Below, one piece after another: positions 9,900 through 18,046 of a DNA stretch of 64,000 nucleotides; position 1 is the first letter of the stretch, and each line of letters begins with the position of its first letter. The notes beneath the pieces were generated by a model. The model ran no database searches. It was not told the DNA's origin and saw only the letters and a program-made list of their open reading frames with translations. The translations under genes and the position numbers were made by a program. Source of the DNA: an uncultured archaeon (GTDB lineage: Archaea; Altiarchaeota; Altiarchaeia; JAFGQM01); NCBI GenBank assembly GCA_964619365.1, contig CAZUDQ010000004.1:1-64000 (forward strand). The letters are read 5' to 3'.

Positions 9900-10742
9900 A
9901 TGATTTGGGAAATTTTAATACCCTTGCTGGTTGTAGGCCTTCAATTTATAACAGTAGCTTTAGAGCTTCTAATGAAGGATCGCAATGTTGCAAAGGAACT
10001 TGAGTTTACAATCATCAGAAAGCAAAGGAAGATAAAAGAGCTTCAGAAGGCAAAAGATACAGATGCCATGATGGCGGCAAACAAGGAGCTCATGTCCCTT
10101 ATGGGCAAGAAGATGAAGCTTCAGCAAAAGACTATGCTTATATCTTTTCCGCTCTTTTTGTTCCTGTTCTTTTTTGTTTTATATCCTGTTCTCAACGTAG
10201 CGCCACTCACCGCAGGAGAATTTAATCCAGTTGGTGTCTATGTAAAGAATTTAGACGCAGGCGGCAGAACCTTGCTGGCCACACTTGACGGCGAATCCGA
10301 AGTCATGGTAAATGGCAGTTCAACACAGGATCTAGAGCTTTCACCAACAGGAGTATCTGGGGATAATAAAGAGCTTTGGTGGGGAATAAGTTCTAGTGTC
10401 GGCGATAGGCAATACACTATTGTTTTTACAGATGGGGCAACTAATGATTCCCAGACATATAACGTTCACTTCTCAGAAAAAGGTGCGCTTACCCCCGATT
10501 TTTCACCCGATAGTTCAGAAAAGAAGACACTTTCTGAAAGCCTCAATGTAAAGCCACTTTACAAAGGTGTTGAGATAACGCTTTTTGGCATGACAATAGG
10601 ATGGTTCATATACTATTTTGCATTTTACCTCGTTTTAAGCATAGCCATGTCCCCCATTAAAAATCGCATAATATGGGGTCATCACAAGGGTGTAAAACAC
10701 CTTGAGAAGATGGCATCAAAGAAAAAGAAGGAAGAAAAGTAG
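9900..10742 (+). CDS. DUF106 / EMC3-TMCO1 (Oxa1 superfamily) membrane protein with inserted soluble domain
   Basis: TM, coiled coil (KIKELQKAK...NKELMSLM), TM, then GWFIYY TM; canonical slot between adk and L34e. Confidence 0.75.
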   Translation: MIWEILIPLLVVGLQFITVALELLMKDRNVAKELEFTIIRKQRKIKELQKAKDTDAMMAANKELMSLMGKKMKLQQKTMLISFPLFLFLFFFVLYPVLNVAPLTAGEFNPVGVYVKNLDAGGRTLLATLDGESEVMVNGSSTQDLELSPTGVSGDNKELWWGISSSVGDRQYTIVFTDGATNDSQTYNVHFSEKGALTPDFSPDSSEKKTLSESLNVKPLYKGVEITLFGMTIGWFIYYFAFYLVLSIAMSPIKNRIIWGHHKGVKHLEKMASKKKKEEK

Positions 10743-10777
10743 CTTTTAAACTAAAAGAGTCAAATATCGCCGCAAAA

Positions 10778-11173
10778 ATGAAGCAGAACAAAAGCAAGAA
10801 AGGAACACGAACTGTCCAGAGGCGCACGCGCGCTGGCAACACAGTCTCACATTCCTCAAAACAGAAGCCAAGCGCAGCCAAGTGCGGACGCTGCAGTGCT
10901 AAACTTTCAGGTATCGCAAGAGACGTCCCAAGCAAGCTAAAGAAACTCCCCTCTACAAAAAGAACTGTAAAGAGAGAATTTGGCGGTGTCCTTTGCCCCA
11001 AGTGTGTAAAGGAAATCGAAGTATACCGCACTCGCGTTGAGGACGGTTGCGAGATAAAGCGTGATCTTACGATTGAAAAATTCCTCCCGAAAGGCTGGTA
11101 TGCATCAATCGATGTAAAAACGCCGGAAACAAAGGAAAAGAAATCCTCGGCTAAAAAAGAGGCCAAGGAATAA
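10778..11173 (+). CDS. rpl34e: 50S ribosomal protein L34e
   Basis: RRT.AG, KCGRC...LSGI, R.FGGVLCPKC. Confidence 0.93.
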   Translation: MKQNKSKKGTRTVQRRTRAGNTVSHSSKQKPSAAKCGRCSAKLSGIARDVPSKLKKLPSTKRTVKREFGGVLCPKCVKEIEVYRTRVEDGCEIKRDLTIEKFLPKGWYASIDVKTPETKEKKSSAKKEAKE

Positions 11174-11213
11174 GCATCCTCTCAAGTTCCTTTGTCCCCA
11201 CTTACTGATAAAG

Positions 11214-11735
11214 ATGATTATCACAGTCGGCGGAGATATCGGAAGCGGTAAAAGCACTCTTGCACGCTCTTTAGCAGGAGAACTAAGGCTCGAATATAAT
11301 TCTGTCGGAGAAATCCTAAGGAAGATGGCCGACTCAAGAGGCATATCTCTTCTTGAAATGAGCAATTTGGCAGAAAAAGACGAGAAAATAGACCGCGAGC
11401 TTGACTGCCGCCAAAAAGAAATAGCAAAAAAAGGAAATTGCGTTATTGATTCGCGTCTTGGAGCATATTTCATCCCCGCGGATTTTAAGATATGGCTTTC
11501 AGTATCTCCCGAAATCCGTCCAAAGCGTGTTGCAGAACGTGATGGCGTTTCAGAAGATGAGGCAAAAAACAAGATAATTGCCAGGCGCAAAAGTGAAAAC
11601 GGCAGGTATGCAGACATATATGGCATAAAACTTGAGGATACCTCAGTATACGACCTTGTACTTGATACAGATAATCTCTCAAAAGAAGAAGTCTTAAAAG
11701 AGACTCTTATCGCATTAGGTAAAAAAGGTATGTAA
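11214..11735 (+). CDS. cmk: Cytidylate kinase (archaeal type)
   Basis: ITVGGDIGSGKST, ID.ELD, SRL, RY..IYGI...D.SVYDLVLDT. Confidence 0.93.
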   Translation: MIITVGGDIGSGKSTLARSLAGELRLEYNSVGEILRKMADSRGISLLEMSNLAEKDEKIDRELDCRQKEIAKKGNCVIDSRLGAYFIPADFKIWLSVSPEIRPKRVAERDGVSEDEAKNKIIARRKSENGRYADIYGIKLEDTSVYDLVLDTDNLSKEEVLKETLIALGKKGM

Positions 11736-11796
11736 GGTCATCGGACGAGTTTTTATAACATCACTCTCAAAATAAGCAAGAACGCCCAAAGAAAGA

Positions 11797-12264
11797 ATGG
11801 TTGCAATTGAAATAGGCAGAGTGTGCAGGAAGCTTCAGGGAAGGGAAGCAGGTAGGCACTGTGTGGTAATTGAAGAAGTAACAGAAGGTTACGTCGAGAT
11901 AACTGGGCCAAGGGAGCTCACAAATGTTCGCAGGAGAAAGTGTAATATTCTCCACATTGAGCCGACATCAACAGTAATTGAGATTAAGAAAGGCGCATCA
12001 GACGCAGAAGTACTTAAAGCCCTTGAGGCAGTAGGCATTTCTGAGAAAATCGCCGTTAAAAAAGAGCGCCCAACTCCTAAAGTGGAGTCCAAGGGTAAAG
12101 AATCAGCTCCAAAGGCAAAGAAAAAAGAATCAGCTCCAAAGGTAAAGAAAAAAGAATCAGAGCCTAAGGTAAAGAAAAAAGAATCAGAGCCTAAGGTAAA
12201 GAAAAAAGAATCAGCTCCAAAGGCAAAGAAAAAAGAATCGAAGCCTAAGGTGAAAAAGGACTAA
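11797..12264 (+). CDS. rpl14e: 50S ribosomal protein L14e with repetitive Lys-rich tail
   Basis: IEIGRVC.K..GREAGR.CVV, GP...VRRRKCNI.HIEP. Confidence 0.95.
   Translation: MVAIEIGRVCRKLQGREAGRHCVVIEEVTEGYVEITGPRELTNVRRRKCNILHIEPTSTVIEIKKGASDAEVLKALEAVGISEKIAVKKERPTPKVESKGKESAPKAKKKESAPKVKKKESEPKVKKKESEPKVKKKESAPKAKKKESKPKVKKD
12097..12261 (+). repeat. 27-nt tandem repeat x6 (ES[A/E/K]PK[A/V]KKK)
   Basis: aaagaatcagctccaaaggcaaagaaa-like units. Confidence 0.9.
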
Positions 12265-12365
12265 AGTCCTTTAGTTTTAAGTCAAAGACAAAAGTCATTG
12301 GCAACTCTTTTCTCTTATAGATTTCTAATATCTCTTAAATAGGTTTAACTTTTGTATTTTTTCCA

Positions 12366-13394
12366 ATGGCAAATAATGTCTCTTGTCCCCCAAAGAAAAC
12401 TTCTAAGGAAGTCCTTATGCGAAGCGAAGGGGAAACAGATCCGGCTTACGGATGTTCACCCGATAAACGCCCAGTAGAAGAACTTTTGTCAAAAGGAGTG
12501 ATAAATCTCGATAAGCCAAGAGGTCCAAGTTCCCACCAGGTTTCTTCATGGGTAAAATCCATGCTAGGGCAAAAAACCGGCCATGGCGGAACTCTTGATC
12601 CTGCAGTATCCGGCTCTCTTCCGGTCTTTTTAGGCTCTGCAACACGCCTTGCAGATATGATGCTTCTTTCAACAAAAGAATACGTCTGTTTGATGCGACT
12701 TCATAAACATGTCAATGAAAAAGAGATTCGCAATGTATTCTCACTGCTCCAGGGGAATTTATGGCAAAAGCCGCCTTTAAAGTGCGCTGTTAAGCGTGAA
12801 TTAAGGCAAAGAAACGTATATTCGGTTGAGATTCTTGAGATAATGAACAATGACGTCCTTTTTAAGATTTCATGCCAGGCAGGAACATACATAAGAAAAT
12901 ATTGTAATGATTTCGGCTTTATAACAGGAACTGGCGCACATATGCAGGAGCTAAGGAGAGTGAAAAGCGGGCCGTTTAAGGAAGACACAAATTTAGTAAC
13001 CCTCCAAGACATAAAGGATGCCTACGTCTTTTGGAAAGACGGCGGGGAAGACAAGTTCATAAAGCGATGCATACTGCCAATGGAATATGCTGCTGCAGAT
13101 ATACCAAAGATTTGGATACGCGACTCTGCAGTTGATGCGCTTTGCCACGGCTCAGACTTGGCCGCACCAGGCGTTGTTAAACTCAATAAATTTGGCGTAG
13201 AAAAAACAGTTGCCATACTGTCCTTAAAAGACGAGCTTGTGGCAATCGGGCAATCACTTGAGGCAACAGAAGATATCGTGCGCCTAAAAAACGGACTTGT
13301 AGTTAAGACAAGTAAGGTGTTTATGGAACCAGGCACTTATCCTAAATTATGGAAAAAAGAAGAGAGCGAGACTGAAGCGCAAAATGGAGAATGA
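12366..13394 (+). CDS. cbf5: H/ACA RNA-guided pseudouridine synthase Cbf5
   Basis: NLDKPRGPSSHQV, GHGGTLDP, GTYIRK, GAHMQELRR, PUA domain. Confidence 0.96.
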   Translation: MANNVSCPPKKTSKEVLMRSEGETDPAYGCSPDKRPVEELLSKGVINLDKPRGPSSHQVSSWVKSMLGQKTGHGGTLDPAVSGSLPVFLGSATRLADMMLLSTKEYVCLMRLHKHVNEKEIRNVFSLLQGNLWQKPPLKCAVKRELRQRNVYSVEILEIMNNDVLFKISCQAGTYIRKYCNDFGFITGTGAHMQELRRVKSGPFKEDTNLVTLQDIKDAYVFWKDGGEDKFIKRCILPMEYAAADIPKIWIRDSAVDALCHGSDLAAPGVVKLNKFGVEKTVAILSLKDELVAIGQSLEATEDIVRLKNGLVVKTSKVFMEPGTYPKLWKKEESETEAQNGE

Positions 13395-13989
13395 TCATTA
13401 TTTTACAAAAAATCCGACATCAGTCGAACATCCACGGACAATAAGCATTTTTGTCAACGGTAAAAATATTCTGTTTAAGACTTCATCGTCAATGTTTTCT
13501 CCAAAAAGAATAGACCCTGCAACACTTCTCCTAATCGAAAACATGCAGCTTCCGGAGGGAACTCCACGAGTCCTTGATATGGGGGCAGGATACGGTCCAA
13601 TAGGCATCTGTGCTGCAATAGGCCGCCCCTCAGCAGAGATTGTAATGGCTGAGATAAACGAGCGGGCAAGCAGGCTTGCAAAAGAAAATGTAATTGCCGC
13701 AAGAACGACTAATGTTACTGTTGTTGAATCGGATTTTTTCTCGAATATAACAGGCAGTTTCGATGTCATACTTTCAAATCCGCCGATTGCAATAGGCATG
13801 AAGTGCATTGAAGAGTTTATAAGAGAATCCAAGACTAGGTTAAACCAGGATGGCAGTTTACAGCTCGTCGCACGCCACAATAAAGGTGGTTCGCGTATAG
13901 CGGGAATGATGGAAAATGTTTTTGGAAACTGCGATACAATAACAAAAGGCGGAGGGTTTAGGGTTTATATAGCATACAATTCAAAATAA
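13384..13989 (+). CDS. RsmC-like class I SAM-dependent methyltransferase
   Basis: HYF, FS...ID..T.LL, VLDMGAGYGPIG, SNPP, GGFRV. Confidence 0.88.
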   Translation: MENDHYFTKNPTSVEHPRTISIFVNGKNILFKTSSSMFSPKRIDPATLLLIENMQLPEGTPRVLDMGAGYGPIGICAAIGRPSAEIVMAEINERASRLAKENVIAARTTNVTVVESDFFSNITGSFDVILSNPPIAIGMKCIEEFIRESKTRLNQDGSLQLVARHNKGGSRIAGMMENVFGNCDTITKGGGFRVYIAYNSK

Positions 13990-14018
13990 TCACTTTTATC
14001 TCTTAACTAACTTTATTT

Positions 14019-14102
14019 GCTGAGGTGGCGGAATTTGGCAACGCGCTAGACTGCTAATCTAGTTTCCTCCGGGAATTCTGGGTTCAAATCCCAGCCTCAG
14101 CG
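14019..14102 (+). tRNA. tRNA-Ser(GCT)
   Basis: GCTGAGG/CCTCAGC acceptor, CTAGA-CTGCTAA-TCTAG anticodon arm, long variable arm, CTGGG-TTCAAAT-CCCAG T arm, discriminator G. Confidence 0.96.
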
Positions 14103-14147
14103 CCTTATTTTTATTATAGTAGTCCTAACAGGAACTGACTTTTCCCC

Positions 14148-15017
14148 TTAGAAAAAAGTTGAAAGAGTCGCCTGCCGGCTTCCTCTTTGTGGGTGCACTC
14201 TGTTTTTCTGGTACATAGGCGGTTTTGTCTGAGTGAGAATCGCGATATCATGGCCCCCCTTAGGTGGCGAGTACTGCGCGCAGACATCCTTAAAGAGGCA
14301 GTAATTGCAAAGCGGCCCTTCACACTTGGGAAACTCAATACACCCTTCAATTTCTTTTATCTTTGAGACAACGGTTCTTACATGAGTTGCGAGTTCGTCC
14401 TCAGTTCTTTTCGATGTGACTGCGCTTGCAAACTTTAGCATCTCCCACCTTAACTCGATTTCTTTTGCTTCGGGAAATTTTTCATGTGCCCATTTTCCAT
14501 ACATTCCCAGCTGGCGGTCTTTGTCTGCGCTTGCCTGGTTAATCATGCGGCTTGAGGTCTTATAATCGCAAACTATTAGTGTATCACCCCTCTTTGCAAG
14601 ACGGTCAATTCGCACGTACCATTCGTTCCCGTCCGGAAGCTTTAACAAATCATTTGTTTCAAGGTCAAGGGTGACTTCAGAGTCAAATGGTGCATAATTC
14701 TTATAATATTCACTTAAGCATTTTTCGCCAGTCTTAAGGTAGTCTTCCATTCTCATCCCGGCTTTTGCGATTATAACCGAATCAGTCCATTTTTTGCCCC
14801 AAGCATCACTATAATCCGAGATAATATTTTCTAAAGTTGGAACGTCACCTTTCATGACATGGGCATAAACACCTTCAAGAGCATCGTGTACCCGGCTTCC
14901 CATGAATGTTTCAACGGTATCGGGATATTTTACCTTTACCCTGTCAATGTATTGAAACTTGTACTTTAGGCGGCACTGCTCAAATGAACCTATCCTCGAA
15001 TTGGAGTAACGCGTCAT
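14148..15017 (-). CDS. PD-(D/E)XK nuclease, RecB/Cas4-like (solo)
   Basis: YSNSRI..FEQC...Y, G..VH..LE, RIDRL, DYKT, QL..Y, C-terminal CNYC....C Fe-S ligands. Confidence 0.88.
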   Translation of the reverse strand: MTRYSNSRIGSFEQCRLKYKFQYIDRVKVKYPDTVETFMGSRVHDALEGVYAHVMKGDVPTLENIISDYSDAWGKKWTDSVIIAKAGMRMEDYLKTGEKCLSEYYKNYAPFDSEVTLDLETNDLLKLPDGNEWYVRIDRLAKRGDTLIVCDYKTSSRMINQASADKDRQLGMYGKWAHEKFPEAKEIELRWEMLKFASAVTSKRTEDELATHVRTVVSKIKEIEGCIEFPKCEGPLCNYCLFKDVCAQYSPPKGGHDIAILTQTKPPMYQKNRVHPQRGSRQATLSTFF

Positions 15018-15048
15018 CGTCTTTAGTTTGAGCTTGACCTAACAAAAG

Positions 15049-16590
15049 CTATAAGTCCATCGTGCCGTTTTTAGACGGTATCCTAACATCGCTGTGAAAG
15101 TCGCAGAAGGCCTCAGGGTTAAGCGTATGGATAGGTATTAGGATATCAGGGCTTATGCGTCTTATCATCTCTTTAATGTCATTTGGTGCCGCGTGGCCCG
15201 AGCAATGAACCTTATGCATCTTAATATTATAATGTTCAAGCCAGTTTAGCATGACTGTCCTCATCTTCTTGTTATCCTCACCTTCGAGAAAGTGCTCGGA
15301 TGAAGAATATATGTAATCCCCACCCTTTGGATTGATGTGAGCCAGTTCTATGAATCTTGTAAAATTAACAAATAGCACGTAGTCTTCTGGATTTTCTTGA
15401 AGCTCTTTATATGTCAGCGTCCATTTCCCCATATCCTCCTCTGTGCGATACATGCCAGGTTTTCTCCTGCCGCTTTTTTGAAGCCAGTCTTCAGGGAGCT
15501 CCCCTCCATAGTACCCTTTCCATACTTTGTCATAGTGCTTTTCGCTCCAGTCACCCTTGGAATTCAACCTGTAATAAAGACCAAACTCATCACGCGAATC
15601 CGGAAGCCAGTCTATCTTCTCATTTAACGAGTCGATAAGAAACGCATAGCGCGGATCTATCACGAGTTTTCTTCCAGCCTCCTTTGCCGCTTCCCATATG
15701 CTTTTTAGGCGGTCAACATTACACATGGCAAAGTGAGCAAAGACAAGACCATTTGATTCAGATATGATATCAAAACAGCGCTTTTTAACTTCCGCCTCAC
15801 TTTCAGAACTCTTTTTTTCATCTTCTTCCACCTCTTCTATTTCTCCAGCACTAAGTCCTGTTTTTTTAAGTTCTTTTTCGGGAACTGGCATTCTGGTCCC
15901 TTCGCAAAGCATTATTTTTGGGCAGGATTTTTCTGCCTCTCTTATGAATTCCTCTGTCATACTTGCCATATGCCCATGCATCCTTAAGTCGCCGCTAAAT
16001 GCAATATTTCCTTCTTCTTCGTTTTTGATGACATAGCCGTAAGCACCGGGTGTTGAATGCTCAACGTGGATAGGATTGAATTCAAGTCCCTTGACCCGCA
16101 CAGAGTCTCCGCTCTTAAAAGGATGCATGCGTTTTCCAATAAATTCCTCATCACGCGAAAGGCAAGAATCGTCATACCCGTATTTACAGAATCGTGGGTA
16201 AAGTTCAGCATACGTGCGCATAATGTCTAAGGTCCCATGACCTAAGTGCACAGGAATTTGGGGGTCTAAGAACTTGAGTTCTCCTGTATGGTCTGAATGG
16301 TGATGCGTGAGGAATACTGCGTCAATATCCCCCTTTTGGTACTTAAGGTCTGTATGGTTTAACATCTCTTTTGAATAGAGTCCGGGAACTTTTGGAACAA
16401 GATTCCAGGCAAAATATGGAGCGAGGCCATCCCCGATTCTGGGACTTAAATTCTCTTCTTCAAGAAAGACACCTTCGCCAAAATCAAAAGGCATCCCGAA
16501 ATCAAGATAACACTTGGCACCTCCACCCTCAAGAAGTATTTTATTGCCGCCGATTTCCCCAGCACCTCCGTAAAAAGTGAATTTTGTCAT
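15049..16590 (-). CDS. MBL-fold beta-CASP hydrolase (RNase J-like)
   Basis: GG.GEIGGN, LDFG, THHHSDH, VEHS, SGDLRMHG, EGT, HCSGHA, PIHT. Confidence 0.88.
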   Translation of the reverse strand: MTKFTFYGGAGEIGGNKILLEGGGAKCYLDFGMPFDFGEGVFLEEENLSPRIGDGLAPYFAWNLVPKVPGLYSKEMLNHTDLKYQKGDIDAVFLTHHHSDHTGELKFLDPQIPVHLGHGTLDIMRTYAELYPRFCKYGYDDSCLSRDEEFIGKRMHPFKSGDSVRVKGLEFNPIHVEHSTPGAYGYVIKNEEEGNIAFSGDLRMHGHMASMTEEFIREAEKSCPKIMLCEGTRMPVPEKELKKTGLSAGEIEEVEEDEKKSSESEAEVKKRCFDIISESNGLVFAHFAMCNVDRLKSIWEAAKEAGRKLVIDPRYAFLIDSLNEKIDWLPDSRDEFGLYYRLNSKGDWSEKHYDKVWKGYYGGELPEDWLQKSGRRKPGMYRTEEDMGKWTLTYKELQENPEDYVLFVNFTRFIELAHINPKGGDYIYSSSEHFLEGEDNKKMRTVMLNWLEHYNIKMHKVHCSGHAAPNDIKEMIRRISPDILIPIHTLNPEAFCDFHSDVRIPSKNGTMDL

Positions 16591-16736
16591 AGCGCAGTTA
16601 TTTTATACGGAGATTTAATAAGTCTATTTGCTATAAAAGCACTGGTCACTCGCCAAAACCCCCTTTTATATCCATTCCTTCTAATAAATCGCTTTTTAAT
16701 CCTAATTAAAACACATACAACAAAGGAGATAATCAA

Positions 16737-17153
16737 ATGGCAGAATGGGGAGGGTGGTGGACGAATAGAGGAAAAGACACCATCGTCAAATGCACTTTTT
16801 GTGGAAGAAACGTGCCTAAGCACAAAGCGGTAGAAGTTAAGGTCGGCGGGAGACTCTCGCGCGACGTATATGAAGTGGCAGAAGTGGTCTCAATGGCCTC
16901 AACCAAAGGTTATGCATGCATAAGCTGCGCTAAGCATCGTCACATAATAAAAGACGGTATCCATACGACTGAAAAAGAAAAGCGTCTGAAAAAACACGCA
17001 AAAGCTAAGCGTGAAATGGACAAAGTTCTTATAAGAATCAAGGAAATCGAAAAGGCTGAAAAAAGCGCAAAGCCAAAACCTTTGGATAATAAAACATCTG
17101 AAAAGAAGGTTGTTGAGGCAAAGAAAGCTCCAGTCGAAGAAAAGAAGGAGTAA
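16737..17153 (+). CDS. rps26e: 30S ribosomal protein S26e (eS26)
   Basis: RG...VKCTFCGRNVPKHKA...YACISCAKH..II matches the eS26 zinc motif; Lys-rich tail. Confidence 0.85.
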   Translation: MAEWGGWWTNRGKDTIVKCTFCGRNVPKHKAVEVKVGGRLSRDVYEVAEVVSMASTKGYACISCAKHRHIIKDGIHTTEKEKRLKKHAKAKREMDKVLIRIKEIEKAEKSAKPKPLDNKTSEKKVVEAKKAPVEEKKE

Positions 17154-17198
17154 TCCTTCTTAGTTTTTTATTTTCTATTAAACTCTAGTACTTTTTCT

Positions 17199-17281
17199 GC
17201 GAGGGTGCCGGAGTGGTCAAACGGGCCAGGCTTAGGACCTGGTGGCTTAGGTCTGCGCGGGTTCGAACCCCGTCCCTTGCA
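17199..17281 (+). tRNA. tRNA-Leu(TAG)
   Basis: GCGAGGG/CCCTTGC acceptor, CCAGG-CTTAGGA-CCTGG, variable arm, GCGGG-TTCGAAC-CCCGT, discriminator A. Confidence 0.96.
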
Positions 17282-17297
17282 CTCGTTTTCTTTAATT

Positions 17298-18044
17298 ATG
17301 GATGGCAACAATACAAAGGATATAGTCCGTAAGAAATATTCTGCCATAGCTTCTGCTCCTTCACCTTGTTCATGTTGTCAGCCCAGCGCTTGTAAATCTA
17401 AGGACGTAATGTCTGAAATCGGATATTCATCCGAAGAGCTTTCAAACGTCCCTGAGGCGGCTCTTGGCCTTGGATGTGGGAACCCAACTGCGTTTGCTCA
17501 GATACAGGAAGGTGACACAGTAATTGACTTTGGCTGTGGTGCGGGGATAGATTGTTTTCTTGCCTCTAAAAAGACAGGAGAAACAGGCAGGGTAATTGGA
17601 ATTGATATGACTCCAGCCATGATTGATAAGTCTAAAGAGTTCGCAGAAAAATATGATTATTCCAATTGCGAGTTCATACTCGCAGATATCGAGGATATCC
17701 TACTTCCTGATGATTCTGCAGATGTGATAATAAGCAATTGTGTAATAAATCTTGCACCATCAAAAGAGAAGGTATTCTCTGAAACCTATCGTCTCCTTAA
17801 ACCGCATGGGCGACTTGTAGCTTCAGACATGGTTCTTACAAGAGAACTTACAGAAAGCCAAAGAAATGACCCAGACCTTATTGCAGGATGCGTGGGTGCT
17901 GCGATACTGCGTGACGACTATCTAGACCTCATAAAAGCAGCTGGATTTAGTTCAGTAAAAATAGTTTCAGAGAACAAGGACATATCAAAAAGCCAGTATC
18001 AGGCTATGCCTGTTTTAAGCCTGCGTTATATTGCTGAAAAGTAA
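17298..18044 (+). CDS. arsM: Arsenite methyltransferase
   Basis: [40 protein letters not shown]; start ATG 17298 (the ORF-track extension overlaps the tRNA). Confidence 0.92.
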   Translation: MDGNNTKDIVRKKYSAIASAPSPCSCCQPSACKSKDVMSEIGYSSEELSNVPEAALGLGCGNPTAFAQIQEGDTVIDFGCGAGIDCFLASKKTGETGRVIGIDMTPAMIDKSKEFAEKYDYSNCEFILADIEDILLPDDSADVIISNCVINLAPSKEKVFSETYRLLKPHGRLVASDMVLTRELTESQRNDPDLIAGCVGAAILRDDYLDLIKAAGFSSVKIVSENKDISKSQYQAMPVLSLRYIAEK

Positions 18045-18046
18045 GA

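Noticed and set aside
14148-15017. Cas4 as evidence of CRISPR-Cas
   Set aside because: No cas1/cas2 or array in the window; solo PD-(D/E)XK nucleases are common.
17205-17297. N-terminal extension of ArsM in the ORF track
   Set aside because: It is the tRNA-Leu sequence read in frame; the real start is 17298.
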